Assembly: GCA_043228905.1 (NCBI GenBank)
Contig: JBHGNT010000006.1
Coordinates: forward strand, 17,484,001-17,548,000
DNA length: 64,000 nt
Source of the DNA: Azolla caroliniana
Lineage: Eukaryota; Plantae; Polypodiophyta
Direction: 5' to 3'
Part shown: piece by piece, positions 48,336 through 61,337 of the stretch
Position numbering within the stretch: the first letter of the stretch is position 1
Layout: every line of letters begins with the position of its first letter
The notes under the pieces: generated by a model
The model's database searches: none
What the model was told of the DNA's origin: nothing
Seen by the model: the letters and a program-made list of their open reading frames with translations, nothing else
Translations under genes and position numbers: made by a program

Positions 48336-51300
48336 TTTCTGCACTGCCGTCGCTCTGATACCAGTTTGTTGGGAATCACCTGTTTGATTCACCTTCTCCA
48401 CTCGGCCACAACCGAGTAATCGCGGATCAATGCAGCAGAAAATAGGAAATACAGAGAAAGACGCGATACACAGGGATTAACGTGGAAAACCCTATACGGG
48501 AAAAACCACGGGAGTGCGAGACTCCAAACCAAACTATGCACAGAGAAATATACAATGGCGAGCTGCAAGGCGACGACCTTGAGCTCGCTGTCCTCGCCAC
48601 AGGCGGCGGTATTACACAGAGGCGTCGACCTCTTCGTTTCTCTCTCTCTCTCTCTCTCTCTCGGCTGCTCTCACTCTGCTCTCTCTACTAGAACATAAAA
48701 TTAGCAACAACATAAACTATTTGCCCTAAGTCATATTTATACACATATGACTTTCGGGCTATTTACAAATATAGCCTCAAGGGCTCTTGGCAAACATATT
48801 CACAAATATGTCCCCGCATCCGGATCTCTCTCCGGGTACATTCGTCATCCGGCTCCGTGGCCGGGGTCTACATCATCTGGCTCCGTAACCGGGTCTTCGT
48901 CATCCGGCTCCGTAACCGGGTCTTCGTCATCCGGCTCCGTAACTGGGTACTATTCATCATCCGGTTCCGTAACCGTAACCGGGCTTGCCGTCATTTATCT
49001 CCGGGGACATCCCATCCGGAGGGACCGAAATCCCAACAGAGATGTGGCAGAAGAGGTTGTGTCACATAAGCGAGAAGGGGATGCAAAGACTTGGTGAAAA
49101 TAACCTCATTCTAGAGGTGAAAAACATGCAGCTTGAGAAGTGCACCGATTTCTTGGCCAGGAAGCAGAACAAAACCTCTTTCCGGTCGAGACCATCAATG
49201 ATACGGAAGGCACCACATGAACTCATGCATACTGATGTATGCTCCAAGCAAAGGAAGTCACGTGCCGGATCGGAGTACTTCGTGACTTTCATAGATGACG
49301 ACAACCGGAAGTTGTGGGTCTCCACGCTGAAAACGAAGGACCAAGTATTGTCCGTCTTCATGGAGTTTCATGCGAGAGTAGAAAGAGAAACCAGCCGGAA
49401 ACTGAAAATAGTTTGAGAGGAAAATAGAGGTGAATACCGAGGGCAGTTCGAGGAGTACAACTAGTCGAAGGGAATCCAGCTCGAGTACTCCGTGCTGAAG
49501 ATGCCAGAGCTTAACGGGTTGTCCAAGAGAATGAACTGGATCGTAATGGAGAGAATCTAGAGTATGCTTGCACATGCCATGTTGTCCAAGACGTTATAGC
49601 CAGTGACGTTGTCGTGCCTTTCGACGCTGGATCGTTGCGTGAGTCGGGAGGGAACTATTGGGGTTTTGGACTAGGAGGAGACGAATTTCTTAGACAGATA
49701 GGAATGTGAATAGATTGCAGGAATGAGATAGAAATTGGTGAATCCCATGAATATAGTGAATTAGTTTAACTTGATATTTAAAATCATAGTAATAAATTGA
49801 AATAGTTTAGAATAGATTAGAGTAGATTGAGAGAAGAGATTAAAATTTGTGAATCCCACAAGTATTATATTAAACAAGTAATATTTTCTTCTTTATCTTT
49901 ATCTTTATTGAATCGGGTACTCCGTACATATTTCACGTAATGTACAAAGTACACTACGACACTCACCCCCTCCGAACTTACACATCCTCCGATATGTGCC
50001 GAAGTTTCCGATACTTTTTACTCTTCTTCATCCGTAGCTCCCTCTATCTCTTCCGCTATGTTGATTATTAATTCTAGCCCACTTTCTTCGTTTTCTGCAC
50101 TTCCACGGTCCTTGTCCAATTGGTCCTCTGTGTCGGTTTTGTCCAAGATTACGTAGGGTTTGACATCACTTCACATCTTAAAAATCTTCACCAGCTTCCC
50201 CGCTATATGCACTCAAAGTATTGTTCCATCTAGCTCACTTAGCCGGTAAGTTCCGTTGTCAAATGTTTTTCGAACCTCGTATGGTCCGAACCATCGTTGA
50301 GTGAATTTCCATATCATTTGGTATTGATGATCCAAACTATTTTCATAGACTATCACCCAATCTCCTTCTTTAATATTGCGTGATCGTAGACTATGCTTTG
50401 TGTCAAATTGACTTTTCTTCTGGAATTGCGCTTCTTGTTGTCGGTGTATTGCTTTCGCTATGTCTTCAGGTCTTCCTTCTAACTGTCATATTCGAACTGC
50501 TAGTAGTTCTTCCTGACTCATCTCTTCCTTCCATGGTAGCACTATCCACGTTGCAATTGCGGTTTCCGTAGGCATTACCGAAGAATTCCCTAGCTCTATC
50601 GGAGTCATGTTCTCCCAAATCCGCAATTACTTGTCCTACGCACCTGTACCTACAAAACACTTCTTCCAAGAGAAATTGGCATACTACAGAACATGTTTTC
50701 ATCCATAGTGCCAAACCTTCTACTTGGTTTGACAGATCCCGGTTGGCATGGCCACGATGTCGACCATCCACTTAAAGTTGATTCTTGGTGAAAATGTCAG
50801 ATGTAATTCGTCCCGCTGTCGAACTCTGGAGTAGATCTGACATCTTTCAGTGAACTCCACTATATCCTTGTACATATTCTTCCACCAATATTTTTGTTTG
50901 ATCTTTGCAAATGTCGCCCGTGTTCCTTGATGTCCAACTCAATCAGATTCGTGAAATTCGGATATTACTTGTTTCTGTTGTTCCTTTGTGATGACTACCC
51001 GGATTGGTATGTTCGGTCTTTTCGGCTCCTTCCAGATTAAACCATTGTTCAAAAAGTACTTCTGAACTTGTCGTTTCTTCCTTCGGATCTTAGATCTCTT
51101 TTCCTTATTGTCCGGTTATTCCTCGATTTCTTGTAGCACTTTCCCAATCAACAAGATTTCTCCCTCGTATTCTTCTTCCTAGAACTCCCGAATTACGTTC
51201 ACTCGGTATATGTGCTACGAAGTAAAGTAGTCTTCCAAAACTTCTTCATTATTTGATTCGGCTACGTCATCTTCGAACCGTGCCCTTGGAAACATATCCG

Positions 51301-52099
51301 CTACCGCGTTGTCTTTTCTCGAGATGTGTCGGACCTCCGAATTAAGTGACTTTACATATGCAATCCATCTTAGCATAGCCATATTCGGTACCGTGCAACA
51401 TCGCATCATCCCAAGTATCGGAAGACAATCTGTTTCAATTACTTCAGCTCCGATCAAATAATCTGAATCCGATTTTATTACCAACAGGACTCCCCATAAT
51501 TCTCTTTTAATTTTTGCATTTCCACATTTCCTTTCGTTGAGAACCTTTGCTCCGAATTGAATCGGATATCATGAACCATCTGAGTCGGCTTGGTTGATGA
51601 CCCATCCGATCCCAGTTGGACTCGTATCTACCGTTACTATGATCGGTCTACCATAGTTCGACTTCTTAAGCGCAACCGCCCTCTGAAGTGCTTTCTTAAG
51701 CTTCCTCGCAACTTTGGTGTGCTCCAGATTCCATTCAAACTTCTTCCCCTTCCGCAACAGGTGATAGAGTGAGTCCACAATGTGTGCATAGGGCGGAATC
51801 CATATATGATAGAATGCACATGCCCCAAGGAACCTACGAACCTCAGATTGTGACTCGCATATTTCTTTCATGGCTTGAATCGCATCGATCTTGACTGGTG
51901 ACGGTCTTCCGTTGTAGGGCCCACATAGATGTCCGACGACCAATATCTCTTTTTGTCCGAATGCCGATTTCTCTCTAGAGAGTGTTATGTGCACATCTTC
52001 TAACCTTTGTAGCACTTTCTCACAATCGCGAATATGGGCTACAAACTTTCAGCATCCTCAATCATCCGTGTCATGATATAGCATGGTATGGCATTAAAA

Positions 52100-52153
52100 G
52101 GATTTGAACCCATGACCTTGTGTAACATGGGTTGAAGCCCTGCCATTAAGCTA
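52100..52153 (-). promoter_or_regulatory. tRNA-like Pol III A-box/B-box module in solo LTR
   Basis: Minus strand TAGCTTAATGG (52153-52143) and GGTTCAAATCC (52110-52100), offset 43. Confidence 0.68.
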
Positions 52154-52229
52154 TACATTGTTATACAAAAAATATTGTTTTCATTTATTATTGCACTATA
52201 GAAAATTGATGTATATTCTAGATTTATCT

Positions 52230-52249
52230 GGAACATTCTAGAAACTTCA
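52230..52249. promoter_or_regulatory. Perfect 4-unit heat-shock element
   Basis: gGAAcaTTCtaGAAacTTCa upstream of TATAAAAA (~52269). Confidence 0.75.
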
Positions 52250-53917
52250 GGAGTACTCCTGACAACACTATAAAAAGAGGCACAAAGCATTATTTCGAAC
52301 CAATTCGGTTCAACGCTAGTCTTAAGCCTCCTAGCTATTCTTGTACTTTTCATATAATATATCACCTGCTATCATCATTCTCTCTCTCTCTCTCATGAGT
52401 CTTACACACTCCCTTCCTCTTAGTACTAATCCTCATAGTACTTTCCTTCTCTGGTACTAATTCTCTCTCTATTTTTAGTACTATTCATGACAATCCGTAG
52501 TCTGATCCTTCTCTTCCATCACACATCCTTTCATTGGAATGTCATCTAAGAACGACATCGTTATCTCTAGAATGCAGTCTTGGAGCACCTTGTTCATCGC
52601 ATTCGTCATATGTGTGATTGAGTCTGCCGCTCCTTGTGGTTGCGTACACATCCGGACTAATCCTATCGGTGTCCGCATTGTAGTGATATCTTGGCAATCC
52701 ATGACTAGTGGAAATTGGTCATATCCAGAGTATAGGTCTCTGATAGGGTATATCGCATGTCCAGGAAATGCTTCTGAAAATTCATCCACTATCGGATCGT
52801 GACCTTGTTCACCCATTGCAACTCCTAAATGAACTGGAGTGACCCATTCTTCTTCGGAACCGTAAACCATCGATTTGAGTACGGAGCATTTGATGGCTCT
52901 AGAATCCCCATTGCCACCTTCTCCTTGAGCAAGTCAATGATTTTCGGAATATGCACCTGTGGCACCGGAATCGGCTTCAGGTTCCATGGCACATGTTCAA
53001 TCATGAAGATCACCATTGGCTCCACTATCTTCGGATCAAAGGACCCTATCTCTCTTGTTGTGAATGCAAATGCTTTTCCATGCTGCTCCAGCATCTCACG
53101 GAATCATTCTTTTTCATTCGGTAAGAGGAACCCATCTCCACTAATTCGGAGTTTCTTCTGGGTCTCATTCATGAAGGTATGTCCGATATCCACGGATTTT
53201 CGAAGTGTCGGATCTCCTAAGACTTCTTTCCTCTTTTGCTCACTATCGGCGTTTAACGGTCCCGGAGACGGTTTCACCTTCTTTCCCACAGTCTTGTATT
53301 CCATACATACCATTGCTTCTTCTTTGCGGAGCACATACGACCCCATTTCCGCATGATCTCGTATATCTCGGCCGATTCCACCAGAACTACCTGGTCTCCC
53401 AGGCTATTCTCTTTTGCAAGCTCTTCAAGCCATTTTAGCGTGCTTCCATAGAACATTTCTTCGATTACTCCCATGATTTCTTCGTCTTCTTTTATGATTG
53501 ATGCAGACGGTAGCTCATCCTGCATCTTCCAAAGTTCTTTCTTCTTTTCTTCGGTCACGGCCATGTATGTAGATGCACCATACATACTTATTCACACTTG
53601 TTTCACTCCGGGAGTTTTCTTCCTATGTGGGGTATCAGAACTTCGGGGACTATCCCTTGCTCACTCCGCAACAATGCACTTTAAAAATCCATTTCTTTTT
53701 GGGAAAAGAGCTCTCTCTTGTTGCTTTCTTGATTCGATGGCACAGTTAGGAATTGAACAGTTTTGCTTCTGCATTAAACACCTTTGATTCCATCCGCAAA
53801 GCCGTGATAAAGGGTTGCGCGAGTATTACGGAATGTGAGACCTCATCTTGCGCGAATAATTTTTTATCAATCTCCAAATCTCTGATCTTTACCATCACAT
53901 TTGGACAAGCTGCAAAT

Positions 53918-55385
53918 TGTCATGAATACATGACCATTATGGCATCACGCTAACGAATCTTAAATCCAAGTTCGCATCTCTTGAAGTAGAGAATCAGTGT
54001 CTACTTGGGGATCTACAAAAGGTTACTATAGAGAAGCAACAACAACAAGAGGAGTTCACACAACAAGTTCAATAGTTAGAGTCGACAATTGCAGTGTTAC
54101 AACAACAAAGGGTCGAAGGTCAAGGACTTAGCAAGGAGCCCAAAATCTGCCTCCCAGCTAAATATGATGGTTCGAGGGCACCTTATTGACTAACATAACA
54201 TTGTCATGGTTTGCTCCATTGCTAGATACAAATTCTCCTCTATTGAATAATTTCGAGGAATTTATCAAAGAATTTAAGGCTTGTTTCAGAGATACTGATG
54301 GGGCAAGAGAAACTATCAACAAGATTCGTACACTACGTCAGGGTGAACAACCAACTTCGACATATGCAGCCAATTTCCATCTCATCACAAACGATATTCC
54401 TTGGGATGAACAAGACCTAATGGAGCAATTCCATTTAGGCCTTCGTAGTGATGTCAAAGACTTACTTCTTCCCTTCCCCAAGGATCCAAGGTCACTTACA
54501 GAAGCTATTAGTTGAGCAATACGGTGTGATAATTGCCTCTTTGAGCATCGATGTGAGTGACGACAACAAATAACAAGATCAAGATTCACACCAACTTATG
54601 CATCAGTAATGACATAATCATCCCCAAGGCAAACATATAGCCCTGCTCCAACTCCAAGGCAAACACGCAGTCCAGTCCCAATGGATAGTCCTACACCCAT
54701 GGAGATCGATATGACTCAATGACGAGGGCCGTTGTCAGACGAAGAGAATCAACGACGTCGAGCAAACCATTTGTGCTTATATTGTGGAGGTTCCGGACAT
54801 ATAGGCATTGATTGCTCCTGTAGGCCGTGACGTTAGGTAAATCAAATTCACTATGACAATAAAAATGAGTTTAACATTTTAGAAACAGTTGAGTGAATCT
54901 CATATTATGAATAATCCACCCTTGTCCAATAAGTTTGAGGTCCTAAGACAATTAGAAGAGGAGTCAAACGAATAAGTCCGGCCAAAATAGGAGCCATTTG
55001 GTTGGAAAACCCTCGATATGTACAACCTAGTGTGGGTTCCATTTCTTCCAAGCATGTTAGTAGAGTCTTCTCAACCCAAGCATAAGTTAGGACACTGAGT
55101 TGTCAACTTCAAGTCCAAGCCCTCTTAGATACTGGGGCCAATTCTTGTTTCATGGATAGAGATTTTGCCCAAAAACACCACATATTCTTGCTTCCGGGAA
55201 GATATTCGAAGAGTTTGAGCCAATACACATACTCTTAGGTGATTTAGGATGTGTAGTTTCCTTTAACATAATCTGTAGTCCTAAGCATCCAATTGTCTTT
55301 GGTTTGCCATGGTTCGAGCTACATAACCCAACAATCGATTGGAGGAAGCGAGAAATTTGGTGCCCTTCAGCAGAAAATATCATTG
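53918..55385 (+). pseudogene. Tcn1-like chromovirus gag-protease fragment
   Basis: [69 protein letters not shown]; homologous to 8032-9110. Confidence 0.88.
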
Positions 55386-55403
55386 CCACGACACCCACCC
55401 CCT

Positions 55404-58400
55404 CTAAACTTGCACATTGGTTGTGCAGAGTTCATCCAACACTTCTTCCGATTCTTTTAGTTCTTCTATTTCTTCATAAAATTCGGGCTCTAATGACTCC
55501 CTCATTTTAAATATTTTAATCCTTTTTCCTGCAATTGGGATACGAATTTCTGTCCCATCTAATTCATTGAGGAAATATGTGGCTTTATTTGTTATTTTCC
55601 TAACTTCATAAGGTCCAAACCATCTTTTTGCAAACTTCCGAATAGTACTGTATTGATTATCTAGGCTACTATCATATACTAATATCCAATCTCCCTCTTG
55701 CACCTTTCTTGGTCGTATTCTTTTCATCTTGTCAAATCTGTCCTTATTCTTGATTCTTGCCTCTTTCAATCTAGTAGCTGCTTTTTCTATGTCTTCTATC
55801 CTTGATTGAAGTTGTCGTATTCGAACTGCAAGTAAATCTTCCCTACTCATTTCCGATTCCCGAGGCAACACAGCCCATGTAGTTATCTTTTCTTCAATTG
55901 GCATTATTGGCTTCTGTCCTGTGATTAATTCTGCAGGCATATATCCAGTAACAGTGCTGTGAGTTGTCCTATCAGCCCATAGTGCATAGGGTAAGGTTTT
56001 TGGCCAATCACTAACCCCTCCTCTACATGCCTTTGCCAAAGCTTTGACTATTGGCCCATGTCCCCTTTCTACCTTTCCATTAGCTTCTGGATTGTATGTT
56101 GTTGTCAAAGAAAGCCGAATTCCTATTTTGTCGAAAAAATCTTGAGCTTCCGCAGAATTGAGTTCTCCCCTATCTGCCACTATCTTCCCGATACATCCAT
56201 ATCTACAAACAATGTCCTCCAAGATGAATTGACATACTCCTAATGTCCCTTTTGTTCGCAATGAACGGCCTTCCACTTGATTTGTTAGATCTTCTCTAGC
56301 AAGAACCAAGTATCTCTTTTGTCCTACTCCAAGTGGCATTGTTACCAAATCTATCATCCACTTGTAATGCACCCCCCGGTGAGTATGTTGGGTGTAATTC
56401 ATCACAAAATTTTACGTTTGAATAATATTGACAAGTGGGACAAGTTTCCACATACTTTTTTATTTGCTCATAGTATCGACACCACCAAAATCGTTCTTTA
56501 ATCTTATTGAAAGTGGCCCACACTCCTCGATGACCAGCCCATTCTTTGTCATGCAGCTCTCTGATTATCTCCTTTCTTTGCCCTTCGAAACCTATTACTC
56601 TTTGTGGGTTTCCAGTATTGGTTTTCGGATGTCACCATAGATATCCTTCATGCAAGAAGAACTTATGGGCTTTCTTGCGAAACTGTGCGAACTCTTTTCT
56701 AGATCGACCTTTGTACTTGTTAGGGATTTGTAGGTATTTCCCTATTTCCTTGAATTCTTCTTCATACTCCTCTTCTAGAAACTGCATTCCTCCTTCCCGG
56801 GTAATGCTTGTGGTAAGGACTGTTTGTTCTTTGTCCTCATCGTCCGAGTCTGGAATCTCCTCTTCCTCATACCTTGCTCTTGATAACATATCTGCTACTG
56901 CATTTCTATTCCCAGAGATATGTCGAACTTCAGGGTTGACTGATCTAATATAGATACACCATCTTAACATGGCTTGATCTGGAATATCACAATTAGCTAT
57001 GATACCAAGAATAGGCAAACAATCTGTTTCTAATATTACTTCAGCACCAATTAAGTAATCTCTGTCTGTCTTTACTGCTGTTACTATCCCCCATAGCTCT
57101 CGTTTCACCTGTGCATATTTTCTTTGTCGACCACTAAGAACCTTTGCTCCGAATCAGAGTGGATACCTTTCTTCCCCATCTTGTTGGCTTATCACCCATC
57201 CAATTCCAATGGGACTAGAGTCTACTGTGAGATATATGGGTCGGGTGTAGTCAGGTTGCTTTAATGGTGGAGCTTTCGCTAAGTAGTACTTCAATTTCTT
57301 CATTGCCTCTGAATGCTCTTCACTCCATTCAAATATCTCTCCTTTTCTTAGGAGTCTATATAAAGGTTCAGATAAATGGGCATAATGTGGAATCCATTTA
57401 CAGTAAAAAACACATACCCCCAAAAACCTTCGTACTTATGAGACGGATGTACATTCCTCTTGCATATTTTGAATTGCATTGACCTTGGTTGGGGATGGAT
57501 TTCTCCCGTATGGGCCACACATATGACCAACTATTAATATCTCTTTTGCCCCAAATATTGACTTCACACCTGATAAGGTCAAATGCACTTCTTCCATCCT
57601 TGATAGCACCTTCTCACAATCCTTGATATGATCAACAACAAATTGACGGCAACCACTTTCGTCCAATTCCTCGTTCTTCTCTTCCTCCTTGCATCCCTTA
57701 ATTGGAACATCATCTAGAAAAGGCATTGTAATATGAGGAATAAAATCACGAAGGACCTTGTTCATTCCATTCATCATATGCGCCACTGAGTTAGTCGCTC
57801 CTTGCGGCAAGGTGCACATCCGTACTAACCCTATAGGTGTCTTGATAGAAGTTATATCTTGACTTTTGATAGCAAGTTGAAATTGATCATACCCGGAATA
57901 AAGGTCTCCCATTGAATATATAGCTCTTCCTGCAAACATCTCAGCAAACTCATCCACAATTGGCCCTACTCCCGAGTTTCGGATTGTTACCTTATTCACG
58001 GGTTGCATATCTTGGATAAATCGGAGTCGCCCATCTTTCTTTAACACAATGAACCATCGACTCGAGTAAGGAGCGTTCGATGGTTCCAAGATACCCATCC
58101 TTATCTTTTCTTTCAAAAGTTCTAATAGTTGAGGGATTCTAGCCCTAGGCATGGGTATTGGCTTAAAGTTCCATGGAATATGAGGGATAGTGAATATAAC
58201 CATGGGCTCCACAATTTCTGGATCCACACACCCTATTTCCTCTGGTTGGAATGTGAATGCCTTTCCATGCCTTTTTAACATCTCCCTGAACTGCTTTTCT
58301 TCAGCGGGTAATAGGAAGTCACCCCCTCCTATTTTCATCCCTTGTATTGTTTCCGGAGTAAACACATGTCCTACCTTTCGTGGGTCTCTGATCATTGGCT

Positions 58401-58851
58401 CTGTGGCTGCTTCTTTGATTGCCTTTTCACTATCCCCTGGAAGTGGAGCAGCAATAGGACGAACCTTCTTCTCCATTGTCTTGTATTTTGTTAGTACATG
58501 TGCTTCATGATCCTTTCGAGCAACTTCTTCAATGACCTCGTACATCTTGATTGAATGGACAGGAACTTGGATTTCGTTGTCTTCTTCAATTGCTTCCAAA
58601 TGAGTTATTGTATCTTCAAAACTTAATTCTTCAAACATATCCTGAATTTCTTCATCATCCTCTATTAATCCAGAACACTTAAAGTACTCGAAAGCAGTTT
58701 GTATTTTATTATTATTTACTTTTAGTATAAAAGTAGCACCATTAGATGAGATTGTACAAGGAATATCTTTATTTACATTATTATTTATGGGGTTTTCTTT
58801 TATGTTCGGGCTATCACAACCCCTACCTGTAAAAGCCCTATCTAAAAATCC
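55404..58851 (-). pseudogene. P1 pol (RT-RH-INT) with a few frameshifts and stops
   Basis: DLYSGYDQF, FLDDVP, VDSSPIG, ETDCLP, H..GHRG..CPTC, VADRGE, NGKVER, WFGPY. Confidence 0.92.
58789..58851 (-). other. Predicted -1 ribosomal frameshift signal (G GAT TTT plus stem-loop/pseudoknot)
   Basis: 0 frame reads CAG GAT TTT TAG; the -1 frame is open from here into pol (MFEELS); hairpin begins 6 nt downstream. Confidence 0.72.
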
Positions 58852-60956
58852 TGGGAAAACTCTTCATCCATCTCTTGAATTCGATGTTCCCTGAAGCATT
58901 CTTTGTTTCTTTCATGGTTGGGCTTCACAGTTAAGAATTGGACAGTATTTCTTCCATCTTGACTCTTGATTCTCGTGAAAGCCGAACCATCATCAATAAC
59001 CTTTGTTTCCATCCTCACTGCGGTGATGTAGGGCTGACCAAGGATGACGGGGTAGGTCGATCGATCCTGCACAAAGAAATTTTGATTCACCGAGACATCA
59101 CCAATTGTTACCTTCATACTAGGACATGCTCCGAATAGATCCTCCGTAGTTTCTGTGGCAGCTCTTATTTTCCACCCATGATTCTTGTCGATCGGTCACT
59201 GTCCTCGAGCGTAAAATTCCGATGACATCATGTTAATCTCGGATCCATGATCGATCAAAGCAATACATGGAATTTGTTGCTCCCCAATTTTTGCACGTGC
59301 CTCCGTTGTTGCTCGAGCCCAATGGTCCTTTGTATAGTGACTCCTATCCCCTTCATGAACACCAACATCATTCTGGTTTTTAACACTTGCAGCATTGATG
59401 GTGCCACCATACAAATCTTGGAGTTTTGTTGCACACCCTCCCGTAATTTCCTCCGTGACCTGTCTCTTCCTTCTAATAATATCTATGATAACTTCATGAA
59501 ATTCTTTCTTTGCTATACCCAACACTTCTCTTAAAGTAAATTCTACCTTACTATTTAATATTCTTGTTTCTAGTACCTTTTTTATATCCGTCATTGTTTC
59601 TATGTCCGAGGCAAACTTGAAAGATGGGCCTGTCTTTCCTTTTACTTTATCAGCTTCCTTCGGCTCAGTAGCAACCTTTTCCATCTCCCTTCTCTTTTGT
59701 TCTCGTGTCTCATGTCTCTTTGTTGGATCAGCTTCCTCAGCTCTCTTCCGCTTCTCTTCCACTAGCACATCTTGTGCATTCACTTGGGCGAATGCTGATA
59801 GCGCGTCTACTGGATCATTCCATCCAGTGAAGTTTCGTATTTCATCTCCCGCTCTTTTTAATTCATCCACTTGAACCTTCCCTTTCATTGCATAATCCAT
59901 CACATCTTGCCAAAACCCAGATCCACCATATGAGTCTTCTACGCGCAATCCTAAGGTTGCCACGGATTGTATCGCTTGAGTTGTTTCTCTCTCAACATCT
60001 TCCATTAGCTTTTTCATTCCTCCTCGCTCGAAATTGAGTTGAAGTGGTTGTCGAGTCTCTGTTGAGTGAATCTTGCCATCTTGATAGTAGATTTTATTAT
60101 GATTAAGAGCATCCCTATGCTCTTGACAATCTTTCTTCTGGTGGTCGATACTATCACACCACATACACCTTCAGACCATTCCACCTCCCTACCTTGATGA
60201 AGTCGAGCTTTGTCCCGATTCTAGCTTCGTCACTTTGATTGACAAGTCTTTCATACCTTTCACCAATTCGTGTAAGAGTGATTCTTCTACTTTCTTTTCT
60301 CCTGACTCGTTCCCTATTTCTTCATCATTTCTGTCGGGCAACTCCATAAACCATAACCTTCTTTTGCATAAATGGGCGCACGCCCTTTTCACCTCCTCCC
60401 AATCTTCGGTAAGTCCACTTGGACTATTCTGATCTTCTAAAAGCATTCCCAAGTCCTTCTTGTCTTTAATATTAGTAGCTTGTAGAAACAATATTACTTT
60501 ATCTGGCACTATTATATTTCTATCTCTAACATTTAGTTGCTCAAATCTTTCAGAAAACTCTTCTAATACTTCCAAAACACTTAAATGTTTATTAGACTCT
60601 ACCCAATCCATGAAAGCTCACCTTGTCATCCTTGACATATTGTTGAGGTTGTATTCATTGAGTAATGCCCTTTCGAATGTTGTCCATGTCTGATTCTCCC
60701 TTTGGAGCTCTTGGATCCTCTCTTCTAGCCCAATCGCAGCGACTCGACTAAAGCTATTAATTTTTGTAGCTTCGTCGACACCACGTTTAAGCATTTCTTC
60801 ATTATAAATCTTCAGAAATCTTGTTAAATTTATACCTTCGAAGATTCCTACTCGTGCGAGAATATTGTCGACGGCTTTGTCGATGCTTGCCATCATCCCT
60901 TGTTCCCGCATCACTCGTTCCATCATCGTACACATAAGCCTCATTTGCTCCTCCAT
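58842..60956 (-). pseudogene. P1 gag-protease ORF with in-frame stops
   Basis: C-MWCDSIDHQKKDC knuckle, ALIDHGSEIN protease, VILGQPY. Confidence 0.88.
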
Positions 60957-60973
60957 TTCTCCTCGTCGCCGCC

Positions 60974-60991
60974 TTCACGTCGGGTTTACCA
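60974..60991 (-). other. Primer-binding site complementary to the tRNA-Trp 3' end
   Basis: TGGTAAACCCGACGTGAA versus recalled plant tRNA-Trp complement TGGTGAACCCGACGTGA. Confidence 0.75.
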
Positions 60992-61099
60992 AATGTGTCG
61001 GGGTAGTTGTGGTTCGTGCGGCGAAGTCGAGGGGACTAAGGTTAAGGGGAGTTGAAGAAACTTAAGTTTTAATAAGGCTTGTATGGTTAAGGATAGAAT

Positions 61100-61100
<1 letters not shown>

Positions 61101-61134
<34 letters not shown>

Positions 61135-61240
61135 AACGAGCATAGATAAAAGATAGAGACAATGTATGATTCAAGAAAGAAGATTGAGACAAAGTATGAT
61201 TCTAGAAAGAAGATTGAGACAAAGTATGATTCAAAGAACA
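61101..61240. repeat. (GT)n(GA)n microsatellite and 30-bp tandem repeat in the P1 LTR
   Basis: gacaa(t/a)gtatgattc(a/t)agaaagaagattga, about 2.7 copies. Confidence 0.8.
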
Positions 61241-61337
61241 AGAGTATATGATATAAACATGATGTATATTAAAAATATAATATTTTACCAACTTTACAAT
61301 CCTTGATCGCAAGATGAATCTTTTCAATACCGACCCT

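Larger units (their letters stand above)
43580..49038 (-). mobile_element. Intact, very young Copia family C element, TSD GAGAT
   Basis: 672-bp LTRs 43580-44251 and 48367-49038 (1 difference seen); PBS 48352-48363; PPT 44254-44262; gagat at 43575-43579 and 49039-49043. Confidence 0.98.
41989..49609 (+). mobile_element. Decayed Copia D (relative of family C), 5' half
   Basis: LTR TGTGAG..CTCACA 41989-42267; PBS 42271-42281; gag, WVVDSGASFH; INT resumes at 49044 (MWQKRLCH). Confidence 0.85.
52069..52492 (+). mobile_element. Solo LTR of the Tcn1-like chromovirus family, TSD ATCCG
   Basis: TGTCATGA..TCATGACA; reverse-complement homolog of 5319-5761; atccg at 52064-52068 and 52493-52497. Confidence 0.94.
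49610..53917 (-). mobile_element. Decayed non-chromovirus Gypsy (Phygy-like, copy P2), 3' part
   Basis: 3' LTR TGTCGT..ACGACA 49610-49961; PPT 49962-49976; INT, RH (ETDCLPILG), RT (DLYSGYDQF, FLDDIP) remnants homologous to 55404-58851. Confidence 0.88.

Noticed and set aside
48336-48401. N-terminal 22 aa of the 1379-aa ORF call
   Set aside because: Starts inside the LTR and crosses the PBS; the real start is more likely the ATG at 48335.
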